From NCBI GenBank assembly GCA_965227295.1, contig OZ245742.1, positions 5,600,001-5,664,000 on the forward strand: 64,000 nucleotides of DNA, in the 5' to 3' direction. Each line of letters opens with the position of its first letter. Positions within the stretch are counted from its first letter, which is position 1. A program made the position numbers and the translations under genes. This stretch comes from Leptonemataceae bacterium. GTDB lineage: Bacteria; Spirochaetota; Leptospiria; Leptospirales; Leptonemataceae. This document shows positions 20,008-29,081 of this stretch, piece by piece. A model generated the notes under the pieces. That model did not search any database. It had not been told where the DNA came from and was given only the letters and a program-made list of their open reading frames with translations.

Positions 20008-20062
20008 GTCCGCCGCAAGATTCGGAAAGCGCCGGCGGCGGGAAATCGGCTATCATGCGCCC

Positions 20063-20926
20063 ATGAATACGATCATGTCCGTTCCTTCCGACAAAAACCG
20101 CACCGAGGCCGCCGTTCGCCAGGCCTTAGATTACATCGAATCAAACTTAGAAGAGAAACTCACCCTGGACGAACTGGCTTCCGAGGTCGGCCTGTCCCCG
20201 TATCATCTGCAGCGCAGCTTCAGGGCGAGCATGGGGCTCACGCCGAAGCAGTACATCGACAAAAAGCGCATGCAGAAGTTCAAGGAGCGCCTGCGGCAGG
20301 GCACCGAGGTCCTCGACGCCTCGCTGGACGCCGGCTTTGTTTCGTTGCGCGAGCCCTACGAAAAATCGACGCAACACCTGGGCATGACGCCGGGGCAGTA
20401 CCGCCGGGGCGGGCGGGGCGTGAGCATCAGCTACGCCCTGGCCGAGAGCACGTTGGGTTTGCTCTTACTCGCTTCGACCGGACGCGGCATTTGCGCCCTG
20501 TATCTCGGTGACGACGTGAAGGAACTGGAGCGCGAACTGCAACTGGAGTTTCCGGAGGCGTCCCTGTATCGCCGCGACGGCAAACTGGACGAACAGAGCG
20601 CGGCGGTCGTGGAGTACGTAAGCGGCCGGCGCCGGGAACCGCGGCTCAGTCTCGACATCATCGGCACGGAGTTTCAGCGTACGGTCTGGGAGGCTTTGCG
20701 CAAGATTCCTTACGGCGAAACCCGCAGTTACCAGGAAGTGGCGGACATGATCGGCAAACCCACGGCCACCCGCGCGGTGGCGAGCGCCTGCGCGAAAAAC
20801 AAGGTGTCGTTGTTGATTCCCTGTCACCGTGTGGTGCGTTCGGACGGGACGATCTCCGGCTATCGCTGGCAGCCGGATCGCAAACGTAAGTTACTGGCGA
20901 TGGAAGCAGAAGGGCCGGCAGAATAA
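20063..20926 (+). CDS. ada: Ada-like AraC-HTH / O6-methylguanine-DNA methyltransferase
   Basis: HTH (SPYHLQRSF..GLTPKQY) plus GTEFQRTVW, IPYGETRSY, IPCHRVV active site. Confidence 0.85.
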   Translation: MNTIMSVPSDKNRTEAAVRQALDYIESNLEEKLTLDELASEVGLSPYHLQRSFRASMGLTPKQYIDKKRMQKFKERLRQGTEVLDASLDAGFVSLREPYEKSTQHLGMTPGQYRRGGRGVSISYALAESTLGLLLLASTGRGICALYLGDDVKELERELQLEFPEASLYRRDGKLDEQSAAVVEYVSGRRREPRLSLDIIGTEFQRTVWEALRKIPYGETRSYQEVADMIGKPTATRAVASACAKNKVSLLIPCHRVVRSDGTISGYRWQPDRKRKLLAMEAEGPAE

Positions 20927-20994
20927 CGAAGGCGAAATCGCCGACCGGCTTTGGACTTGCGGCCGGCACCGCCGGACCTCAACCTGACACTTCT

Positions 20995-21609
20995 ATGTAC
21001 AAAGGCGAAAAGATCAACAGCATCTCCCACCTGGTCGGGGCCTCGCTGGCTCTCGTCGGGATGGTCCTCCTGATCGTCTTCGCGTCCCTGACCGGCGACC
21101 CCTGGAAGATCGGCAGCGCCATTGTGTACGGCCTGTCGTTATTTTTGATGTTCTTGTTTTCGACTCTGTATCACTCGTTTCGCGGCACGGCCAAAGTCGT
21201 CTTCCAGCGCCTGGATCACGTCGGCATCTATTTGCTGATTGCCGGAACCTATACTCCCTATTGTCTGCTGGTGTTGCGCGAGAGCGCCGGCTTTCGCGTG
21301 TTGATCGCGGTGTGGTCTATCGCGGCCTTCGGTATCGCGTTCAAGAGCGTCTTCGGTCCGCGCTTTAATCTGGTGTCCACGCTGCTCTACGTTGCCTGCG
21401 GCTGGACGATCGTCATCGACTTTTCTGCGCTCCTCGAAAACTTCGGCGGCGCCGGTTTCTACTGGTTGCTGTCGGGAGGTCTACTGTACACCGTGGGAGC
21501 ATTCTTTTTTCTGAACGACTCCATTCGCCGCAATCATGAGATCTGGCACTTCTTCGTGCTCGCCGCGGCGGCCTGCCACTTCGTGTCGGTATTCTTTTTC
21601 GTGCTGTAA
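20995..21609 (+). CDS. Hemolysin III / PAQR family membrane protein
   Basis: EKINSISHLVG, STLYHS, LDHVGIYLLIAGTYTP, HEIWHFFV. Confidence 0.93.
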   Translation: MYKGEKINSISHLVGASLALVGMVLLIVFASLTGDPWKIGSAIVYGLSLFLMFLFSTLYHSFRGTAKVVFQRLDHVGIYLLIAGTYTPYCLLVLRESAGFRVLIAVWSIAAFGIAFKSVFGPRFNLVSTLLYVACGWTIVIDFSALLENFGGAGFYWLLSGGLLYTVGAFFFLNDSIRRNHEIWHFFVLAAAACHFVSVFFFVL

Positions 21610-21631
21610 CGCGCCGCCGAAAGACCGCCGA

Positions 21632-22147
21632 TCAAAATTTCCAGCGAGTGCTCAGATAATCGAGGTAGGCGTGCAAGGCCTGCCGCGCGGCGGGACCGCG
21701 GGCGGTGATTTCGATGCGTGGAGCATCCGGATCTTTGACGACGGTATACTCGAACGCGTCCTTGTTCTGTTGCATGCCCGCGACCTCGTCGCTTCCCACC
21801 ATGCCGGGCAGGTTGACCATGGCAAACTGTCCGCGTTCAAAACGGGACACAAGAATTTCCAGGTCCGTAATGTAACGATCGATGGCGGCGTCGAAGTCGG
21901 CTTCGGTACTGCCTTCTACATTGTAGATAATGGTACCGCCCGTGGCTTCTTTCTGAAAGACGCGGGTGTGCTGCAGTCCTTCGTCGCGTTCTTGCATCAT
22001 GCGATGCAGCTCGGGGACATAGGCGTAGAAGGCAATGGCCAGCACCAGGGTAACGCCGGTCGCTATAACCGCGTACCAGAGTTCTTTGAGAGCCCGTTCC
22101 CGCGGTACGTTTCGTTCGGAAACGGTGGATGCTGCATCTTTCGCCAT
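21632..22147 (-). CDS. Hypothetical single-TM protein
   Basis: One hydrophobic helix, protein-like composition. Confidence 0.65.
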   Translation of the reverse strand: MAKDAASTVSERNVPRERALKELWYAVIATGVTLVLAIAFYAYVPELHRMMQERDEGLQHTRVFQKEATGGTIIYNVEGSTEADFDAAIDRYITDLEILVSRFERGQFAMVNLPGMVGSDEVAGMQQNKDAFEYTVVKDPDAPRIEITARGPAARQALHAYLDYLSTRWKF

Positions 22148-22183
22148 GGTTCTACTATGGGTGTCTTTTGGACGCCCGTGTCA

Positions 22184-23368
22184 TCATTTTTTTCCGCAGA
22201 GTCGTCGGAAGAGCCCGTGGTTCCGCCCCAGGTCCGCCGCGCGTTCGGCCGGCAGCGGCGGCACTTCAGCCTGTTCGTACCGCGGATAAAACTCTTCCAG
22301 GCGCGCACAGGCTTCGGCTCCGCCGCCGGCCTCGGCATCGATGATCGCGCGCAGGTAAGCCAGGCGTCGCTCCCAGTAGTCATCGCACTTCGCCCCGCAA
22401 CGCTGAAGAAACTCTCGCGGCCCGCCGCCTTCGACAACATCCCGCAGCGACGCCGGAAAGATCAGGGCGAAGAGCACGGGCACGAGGGCTTCGCGCACGC
22501 GGTCTTGCGGCAGGCCTGGCATGATGGGACGATCGCCGCAGGCCGTCCCGGGTCCCTCCGTTAAGTACGCGTTCCAACTAACATATGCGCCGGTGCCTTC
22601 GATGGCGCTGCGTCCCGGCGTCGACACCAGACGCCGCCCAATGAGAAACGGCGAGGCTGCGCGTTCCACGGCGTGGGGCGGGTGACGCAGGTCGTCGGCG
22701 TACACCAGGGCATTGGTGATGACGAGATCGTAGCGGACCTGGGCGCCGAGATACGCGCGCCAGACGGCGTCCGAGGCGGGGAGGCGATCATCCAGGCAAC
22801 GGCCGGCACCGGAGCCTGCCGGTACGGACTCGTGCAACCTCGTAAGATCTTTCAGGCGACGTTCGCGTTCCACGGCGGACATGCCGTCGGCCTGCATCTT
22901 GCGATCGTTGGCGTTGCGGCTGATCTCTCCGGACGTAAGCAGGAGCACCGGTCCGTCCTCTGCCAGGCGCGCCGTAACGAAGTCTTCGTCTTTCGCGCGC
23001 TGCAGCCCGCGTTCCATTAAGAAAACCGCGTTCATCGGCTGATCGATGATGAAGCGCAACTCAAGCCCGGGCAACATCTCCGCCAGGTTACGACTCGCGT
23101 TCTGCAAGATCGGCTCCACATCGGCCACGCTCAGCTCCGGAAAGACCGAATCGTTGAGCACGCCCGCGTTGATCGTCCACAGGAGCGGAGCTTCGCCCTG
23201 TACTTGTGCCGGGCCGCGACTCAGGCCGCGCCCGGACAACTGATACGGTTGTCGAAATTCCGCCAGGCGATCACAGGACAGCCCCGGTATTGTTCCAAGG
23301 AGGATCCCCGCTACGATTGCAGCTTTCAATGTACGCAGGACGGACCAGGAACCCATGTACGGAAGCAC
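22184..23368 (-). CDS. Hypothetical putative lipoprotein
   Basis: Signal-like N-terminus ending GLSC; long ORF in tandem with 21632-22147. Confidence 0.65.
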   Translation of the reverse strand: MLPYMGSWSVLRTLKAAIVAGILLGTIPGLSCDRLAEFRQPYQLSGRGLSRGPAQVQGEAPLLWTINAGVLNDSVFPELSVADVEPILQNASRNLAEMLPGLELRFIIDQPMNAVFLMERGLQRAKDEDFVTARLAEDGPVLLLTSGEISRNANDRKMQADGMSAVERERRLKDLTRLHESVPAGSGAGRCLDDRLPASDAVWRAYLGAQVRYDLVITNALVYADDLRHPPHAVERAASPFLIGRRLVSTPGRSAIEGTGAYVSWNAYLTEGPGTACGDRPIMPGLPQDRVREALVPVLFALIFPASLRDVVEGGGPREFLQRCGAKCDDYWERRLAYLRAIIDAEAGGGAEACARLEEFYPRYEQAEVPPLPAERAADLGRNHGLFRRLCGKK

Positions 23369-23402
23369 GCCGCAGACGCGTCCGCAGGTAAAGCAAAAGA
23401 CC

Positions 23403-23603
23403 TCAGCCCTTTACCGGCCCCGAATGCCCCGCTCTGTAATGATCAATGACCTTTATGACCCGCTGAAAGGAATGCATGAGGCACCCCTTACACATATCGT
23501 TTTGATAAAGCTTATCCACGAGAGTCCCACAAGAACTACACCGCTTCGCCAGCTCCGTGTTCGACTCACCACCATCCGCTTGCGCGACCTCTGCCATACA
23601 CAT
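23403..23603 (-). CDS. Small CxxC...CxxC (zinc-binding-like) protein
   Basis: CSSC-x13-CKGC followed by an amphipathic helix. Confidence 0.6.
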   Translation of the reverse strand: MCMAEVAQADGGESNTELAKRCSSCGTLVDKLYQNDMCKGCLMHSFQRVIKVIDHYRAGHSGPVKG

Positions 23604-24350
23604 CCCGAGTTCCTTTTCTCTTTGTTTATCATCATGTTCGGCGCAGAAGAGTTTTCAGTAAGAAATTTGTATATATTACTTAAATTCGCTCCGGCTACGG
23701 CGCTCAGCGCCCGGCTTTCACTCATCTGCCACCGTGTACTTAAACACCGTGATTGCTTCTGTTTCCCGCAGTCCGGTATTGTATCTCTTTTTTCGAAAAA
23801 CTCAATCCAAAAAAACCTGACGTTCTGTTTTTCGTCAAAAAACGCCACTAACTTCCATAAATCGCAAGTTAGCAGCAAAACTCCCCGACCTTAACCGCCG
23901 ACCGGCCAAATAAAGACCGGCCGGAGCCGGCCGTTCGGGCCGCCTCCGAAAACTTTTGCGTTCAGAGCGGCCTTTCCTTTAGTAGAAACCACCGCAAAAC
24001 ACGCCCGTTCTTTCCGGAGTTCGCCGTTATCCCCACCCCCGTGGGGCCGTGTGGACTTCGGCGTGAATAAAAACTCACCGTGACCGTCGTTCTCGCAACG
24101 CGGACGCGACCGAGGAGAGAGCGATGGAAATGAAAACGGGGCCTTCGGTCAAAACAAAAACAGTGAAATCGGCCGCGGCTTCCGAAAAAATTATTCACCG
24201 CGTATCCATAGACTTGTCCGCACACTGTTGCTTACAATTGAGGCATTGATATACCGTCGTACAAGAAAGACCGCGTTCTCGCCCGGATGTTTTTACGATA
24301 CCGCGCCTTTTTTTCGTTTCAATCGAACGCCGAAAAAAAATCCTGCCTTT

Positions 24351-25463
24351 ATGACGTTGAAACGCACGCCGCTGTTTGAGCTGCACCAGAGCCTCGGCGC
24401 TCGCATGGTGCCGTTCGCCGGCTGGGAAATGCCGGTGCAGTACTCTTCGATCATCGAAGAACACAAAGCAGTGCGGGAAAACGCGGGTATTTTCGACGTT
24501 TCTCACATGGGTGAGATCATTGTAACCGGTGACGACGCCCTTGCTTTTCTGGAAAAGCTTACCTGCAACCGCCTTGCATCCATAGTAGACGGTCAGGTCC
24601 AGTACAACGCGGTGCTCAACGAACAGGGCGGGCTTGTCGACGACGTCACCATCTATCGCATATCTTCGACGGAGTTCTTCGTATGCAGCAATGCTTCGAA
24701 CTACGAGGCCGTAGACGCCCACTTTCGTAAGTATCAATCGAATGATGTTACCATCACCAACGAAAGCGAGGACTGGCATCAGATCGCCTTACAGGGACCG
24801 AACGCGGAATCTCTTCTAAAGAAAGTCACCGGCGTGGATCCTTCCGAGATCCACTACTTTCGCTTCAAAGATTACGAGCAGGACGATCACCTTTTGAGGA
24901 TCAGCCGAACCGGTTATACCGGCGAGGACGGCTTTGAAATCTACAGCGACGTTGCCGCCGGTGTAAAACTGTGGGAAGAACTCATGGGCACCGAAGAAGT
25001 CGTGCCGGTCGGTCTCGGCGCGCGGGATACACTGCGCCTGGAAGCCATGTATCCACTCTATGGCCACGAGTTGAATGAAAAACTCACGCCGGTGGAAAGC
25101 GGCATCGGCTGGATCGTCAAAGAGAAGGATGAGCCGTACCTCGGATACGAGCGCATCATGGATCACAAGAAGAACGGGGCGCCCGGTCGCGTGGTCCCCC
25201 TGGTGCTGGAAGAGGCCGGCGTCCCCCGGGACGAGTATCCCGTCCTCGATGCCGGCGGCGAGAAGGAACTCGGCCGCATCCTGTCCGGCACGCATTCACC
25301 GATCCTCGGCAAAGGCATTGGTACGGCTTATCTCCCCATCGCAGCGACGGAAGAGGGCACGGAGCTGCTCGTGGAAATCCGCAAACGCCGACCGCGCGCA
25401 CGCGTCGTCAAGGGTCCGTTTGTCCAGGGCACGGCCGGTCGCAATCGCTACAAGAAGGCCTGA
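24351..25463 (+). CDS. gcvT: Glycine cleavage system aminomethyltransferase T
   Basis: LKRTPL, FAGWEMPVQY, FDVSHMGE, RTGYTGEDGFE, GLGARDTLRLEA. Confidence 0.97.
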   Translation: MTLKRTPLFELHQSLGARMVPFAGWEMPVQYSSIIEEHKAVRENAGIFDVSHMGEIIVTGDDALAFLEKLTCNRLASIVDGQVQYNAVLNEQGGLVDDVTIYRISSTEFFVCSNASNYEAVDAHFRKYQSNDVTITNESEDWHQIALQGPNAESLLKKVTGVDPSEIHYFRFKDYEQDDHLLRISRTGYTGEDGFEIYSDVAAGVKLWEELMGTEEVVPVGLGARDTLRLEAMYPLYGHELNEKLTPVESGIGWIVKEKDEPYLGYERIMDHKKNGAPGRVVPLVLEEAGVPRDEYPVLDAGGEKELGRILSGTHSPILGKGIGTAYLPIAATEEGTELLVEIRKRRPRARVVKGPFVQGTAGRNRYKKA

Positions 25464-25544
25464 GAACCGAATCCGGGTGACACAACGCTTTACAGGAGAG
25501 CTGCGCCCGCAATTTTAGTCGGAAATCGCACGAGTAAACGCATT

Positions 25545-25934
25545 ATGTCATCCAACGTACCCGACGGCTACTATTACACACAGAAACACGAATGGGCTAA
25601 GAAAGAGGGCGACCTCCTGCTCATCGGCATCAGCGACTACGCGCAGGACTCCCTGGGGGACATCGTCTACGTGGACGCGCCCGAAGCGGGGACCGAGCTG
25701 GGTGCCGGCGACTCTTTCGGCAGCATCGAGTCCGTGAAGGCGGTAGAGGATCTCTACTCCCCGGTCAGCGGCACGGTCGCAGAGAGCAATCCGGCCCTCC
25801 AGGACGCCCCGGAATCGATTAACAAAGATCCTTACAGTAGCTGGATCATTAAAATCAAAGACTTTGACGCCTCCGGCCTCGACGACCTCATGGACGCCGC
25901 CGCCTATGGAGACTACCTCGGCTCGCTGGACTGA
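25545..25934 (+). CDS. gcvH: Glycine cleavage system H protein
   Basis: HEW, GISDYAQDSLGDIVYV, IESVKA (lipoyl Lys). Confidence 0.97.
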   Translation: MSSNVPDGYYYTQKHEWAKKEGDLLLIGISDYAQDSLGDIVYVDAPEAGTELGAGDSFGSIESVKAVEDLYSPVSGTVAESNPALQDAPESINKDPYSSWIIKIKDFDASGLDDLMDAAAYGDYLGSLD

Positions 25935-26059
25935 GTTCCGCCTGCCGGAGAAAACGGCGAAATTCTGTGAATTGTTTCGTCTAACGCTGAAGAACGGCCT
26001 CCGGCAGACCGATTTAACTTTACAAAACGGAGAAGCCCTCTTTTTTGATCAGGTAGCTT

Positions 26060-26341
26060 ATGCAATGGGAAAAGATTTTACGCGACTCGGTGAAAGACGG
26101 CATCATCCGTGAGTTGCATCTGCGTCACGTTCCGTCTCTCAAGACGGCAGAGAACTGGAACGATGTCAAAGAAATCGGCCTGATCGATCATCGCACCAAG
26201 TACGCCCACTACAAGGGCATCCTCGTGAAGTACGGCGACCGAATCTTCTACGTCTCCGAAGAGCGCATGCAGGCCCTGGCTCCCTATCGCCAGTGGAAGA
26301 CCAAGAATCGCATCAAGGTCACCGACGCGGAAAAGAAGTAA
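26060..26341 (+). CDS. Small basic hypothetical protein
   Basis: Strong host-like codon usage, ATG with upstream AGGTAG. Confidence 0.7.
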   Translation: MQWEKILRDSVKDGIIRELHLRHVPSLKTAENWNDVKEIGLIDHRTKYAHYKGILVKYGDRIFYVSEERMQALAPYRQWKTKNRIKVTDAEKK

Positions 26342-26453
26342 TCCCACGCGCGGGCGTCGGCAGCTTTCTTTCTTACATTAACGCCATAAGCAGCGACGTA
26401 ACCGGAGTCATCCGTTTGCGTCTCAATACCCACTTTCTTCACCGAGGTCGGCG

Positions 26454-27962
26454 ATGAGCCACATTCGATTCAAAGCCCCTGAATATCAGGCCGACGGATC
26501 CTTCGTCGAAACGCAGTACGAGTACGAAGGCGACGAACAATCCGGCTGGGTCATCCGCCGCAACGACGAGGAGTTCGATCGCCTGGGCCCCGGTTACACG
26601 CCGGTAGACTCGCTCTACTGCGGCGTTTGCTCCACCGACCTGGCCCGGCGATTCCTGCCGTACCCCCTGCCCCAGATCATCGGACACGAGGTCGTGGGTA
26701 TGAAGGACGGCAAGCCGGTCGTCGTGGAAATCAATGCGTCGCACCTGGCCCGCGGCATCGCCGATCAAGACGATCCCTACAACAGCACCATGCATACGCA
26801 CGACCCGCGTCGCATTACCCTGGGCATCGATCGTTTGCCCGGTGGTTTTGCACCGGTGTTACTGGCTCCGGTCGATGCGGTCATTCCGGTACCGGACAAC
26901 GTGCATCCGTTGGTGGCGTCGCTCACGGAACCCTTTGCCGCGGCATTGCAGGGCGTCGAAGCCACGCATCCGCGCCCGGGTGATCGTGTGGCGGTACTCG
27001 GACCGCGTCGCCTGGGTTCGCTGATCATCGCGGCCCTGGCCGGCTTTCGCAAGAAGACCGGCATCGACTTTGAAATCATCGGCGTGGCGCGCCACGATCA
27101 TCTCCTGGAACTCTGCAAGGAACTCGGCGCGGACACCGTCGTAAACAACGCGAAGGTTTCCGCCGAAGAACTGAACGGCGCCTTCGACATCGTCTTCGAT
27201 ACCACGGGCAAACCGCCGGGTTTCGCGGCGGCCCTGGCCATGACCAGGCGCGTGTTGCATCTGAAATCGACGAACGGCCAGGAGGTGATGGGCCTCGCCC
27301 ATCTTACGGACATGGTCGTCGACGAGATCGCGCTGTTGCCGTACACCACCGGAAACCTGGACTACACCTGGCCGACGGAGCAAGATCCGCGGCGCAACCT
27401 GAACGTCTACGTGGCGCCGGGTGTCGGCGACGACGTCGTAAACGAGGCAAGCACGGCTTCGCAAGAATCCGGCCGGGAGCGTAACTTCCATCGCCTGGAG
27501 GTTAGTGAGGCGGAAGCGAAGATCGGCAGCGCCGTGGAAGAGAGCGAACGCAAGCACGTCTGGAAGACGGAGTATCCGCCCGCGTCCCCGTTTCCGCGCT
27601 TCGATCTGGCCCTGGCGTCGAACCTCGGCGAGGTGGACCGCATCGTGCGGCCGACGCCCGGCAAAGAGTTTTCGATTTTGCGCGCCCGCGGGGCGGTTTT
27701 GCTCACGAAACCGGCGAACGGCAGCTACGACTCGGAACTACATCGCGCGGTGGTGGAGCGCGGTATCGAAATTCATACGTCCCGCTGCGGCGACTTCGTG
27801 CGCGCCCTGGACATTCTCAAAGACAACCCGCAGATCACCGCGGCGCTGGAAAAGCATTTGATCACGCATCGTTTCCCGCTGGGAGAGATCGAGGCGGCCT
27901 TCACGACGGCGGCGGATTCGGAGAAGAGCGTAAAGGTGATTGTGGAGACGGGGAAGAAGTAA
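26454..27962 (+). CDS. Zinc-dependent medium-chain dehydrogenase family, atypical and extended
   Basis: CGVCSTD, IIGHEVVG, EPFAAA, FDIVFDTTG, LITHRFPL, VKVIV. Confidence 0.8.
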   Translation: MSHIRFKAPEYQADGSFVETQYEYEGDEQSGWVIRRNDEEFDRLGPGYTPVDSLYCGVCSTDLARRFLPYPLPQIIGHEVVGMKDGKPVVVEINASHLARGIADQDDPYNSTMHTHDPRRITLGIDRLPGGFAPVLLAPVDAVIPVPDNVHPLVASLTEPFAAALQGVEATHPRPGDRVAVLGPRRLGSLIIAALAGFRKKTGIDFEIIGVARHDHLLELCKELGADTVVNNAKVSAEELNGAFDIVFDTTGKPPGFAAALAMTRRVLHLKSTNGQEVMGLAHLTDMVVDEIALLPYTTGNLDYTWPTEQDPRRNLNVYVAPGVGDDVVNEASTASQESGRERNFHRLEVSEAEAKIGSAVEESERKHVWKTEYPPASPFPRFDLALASNLGEVDRIVRPTPGKEFSILRARGAVLLTKPANGSYDSELHRAVVERGIEIHTSRCGDFVRALDILKDNPQITAALEKHLITHRFPLGEIEAAFTTAADSEKSVKVIVETGKK

Positions 27963-27970
27963 GATTTTTT

Positions 27971-28139
27971 ACTCCGAGGACCGAGGTACCGAGTATTTTT
28001 GGGAGCGGCCTCGTAGTGTGAAAGCAAGCAGGTAATGATATCGATTTTCTTACAGGCTTAAGACAGCTTGCTTAGCCTGCCCGCGTGGAGAGTGATCCCA
28101 TCTCCATCGTCTTCTCCTCGGTACCTCGGTCCTCGGAGT
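27971..28139. repeat. MITE/REPIN-like element with perfect 23-bp terminal inverted repeats
   Basis: ACTCCGAGGACCGAGGTACCGAG (27971-27993) is the exact reverse complement of 28117-28139. Confidence 0.8.
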
Positions 28140-28144
28140 CAACC

Positions 28145-28831
28145 CTACTCTTTGACCCGGTAACCAATGCCGCGGACCGTTTCGATCAGCTTGCCCTGCT
28201 CGCCGAGTTTTTGTCGCAGGCCGACGATGAGTACGTCCACCGATCTTGCGGTAACGGGAGTCTCCTGGCCGTGGATGGCCTCGACGATTTGATTGCGGGT
28301 GAAAACCCAGCCCGGCCGGCGGCAAAAGAGATGCATGATGCGAAACTCACTGCGGGTGAGATTCAGCAACTCGTCCTTATAGCGCACTTCCACCCGGCGC
28401 GGATCGATGGTAAACTCGTCGTACTGGACGACGGAGTCCTCGTCCTCGGGCTGCTCCTGACGCCGTCGCAGCACGGCCCGGACGCGCGCGAGGAGAACGC
28501 GGGAACTGAACGGCTTCGTGACATAGTCGTCTCCGCCGAGTTCCAGGCCGGTGACGATGTCCGCCTCGTCGTCTCGCGATGACAGCATGAGCAGGCCGAC
28601 GCCGTTCATCGAAGAGTCGTTCTTCAGTTTTTTGCAGATTTCCAGGCCGTCCATGTCCGGCAGAATGAGATCCAGGATGAGCAGGTCGGGCCGCTCGTTT
28701 TTCAGGAGATCCAGGGCCTCTTTGCCCGTGGTGGCGGGGCGGATGTCGTAGCCGTTTTTCTGCAGGTTTTCAGTTACGAGCCGGATGATATCGGGATCGT
28801 CGTCTACGATGATAATTTTCTCTTTCGCCAT
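28145..28831 (-). CDS. OmpR/PhoB family response regulator
   Basis: IIVDDD, LILDLILPDMDG, GGDDYVTKPFS, LTRSEF, IETVRGIGY. Confidence 0.93.
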   Translation of the reverse strand: MAKEKIIIVDDDPDIIRLVTENLQKNGYDIRPATTGKEALDLLKNERPDLLILDLILPDMDGLEICKKLKNDSSMNGVGLLMLSSRDDEADIVTGLELGGDDYVTKPFSSRVLLARVRAVLRRRQEQPEDEDSVVQYDEFTIDPRRVEVRYKDELLNLTRSEFRIMHLFCRRPGWVFTRNQIVEAIHGQETPVTARSVDVLIVGLRQKLGEQGKLIETVRGIGYRVKE

Positions 28832-29081
28832 CCGCCGGTATGCCGTGAACGCGAGATCGAAAACTCGCGCAGATTGTTCGATATTTGGTGGCGGGGGGGC
28901 ATTTGCCAATCAAAAATCCTCGGCCGCGCTCATCCCTACCGCGACTGGAAATTGGTTGCTGGCAGCCCGTCCGGCAAAATGCTTGCGGCAGCCCGCGCCG
29001 ACCCTGCAACTTTTTTCTATAATGAGTACATGAGCGCGGACGCGCTGCGCCTCCGGTCGGAGGCTACGAGGATTGACTATC

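Noticed and set aside
23900..24350. Glycine riboswitch upstream of gcvT
   Set aside because: GGAGA is present but the CCGAAG...CTCTCAGG aptamer cores are not
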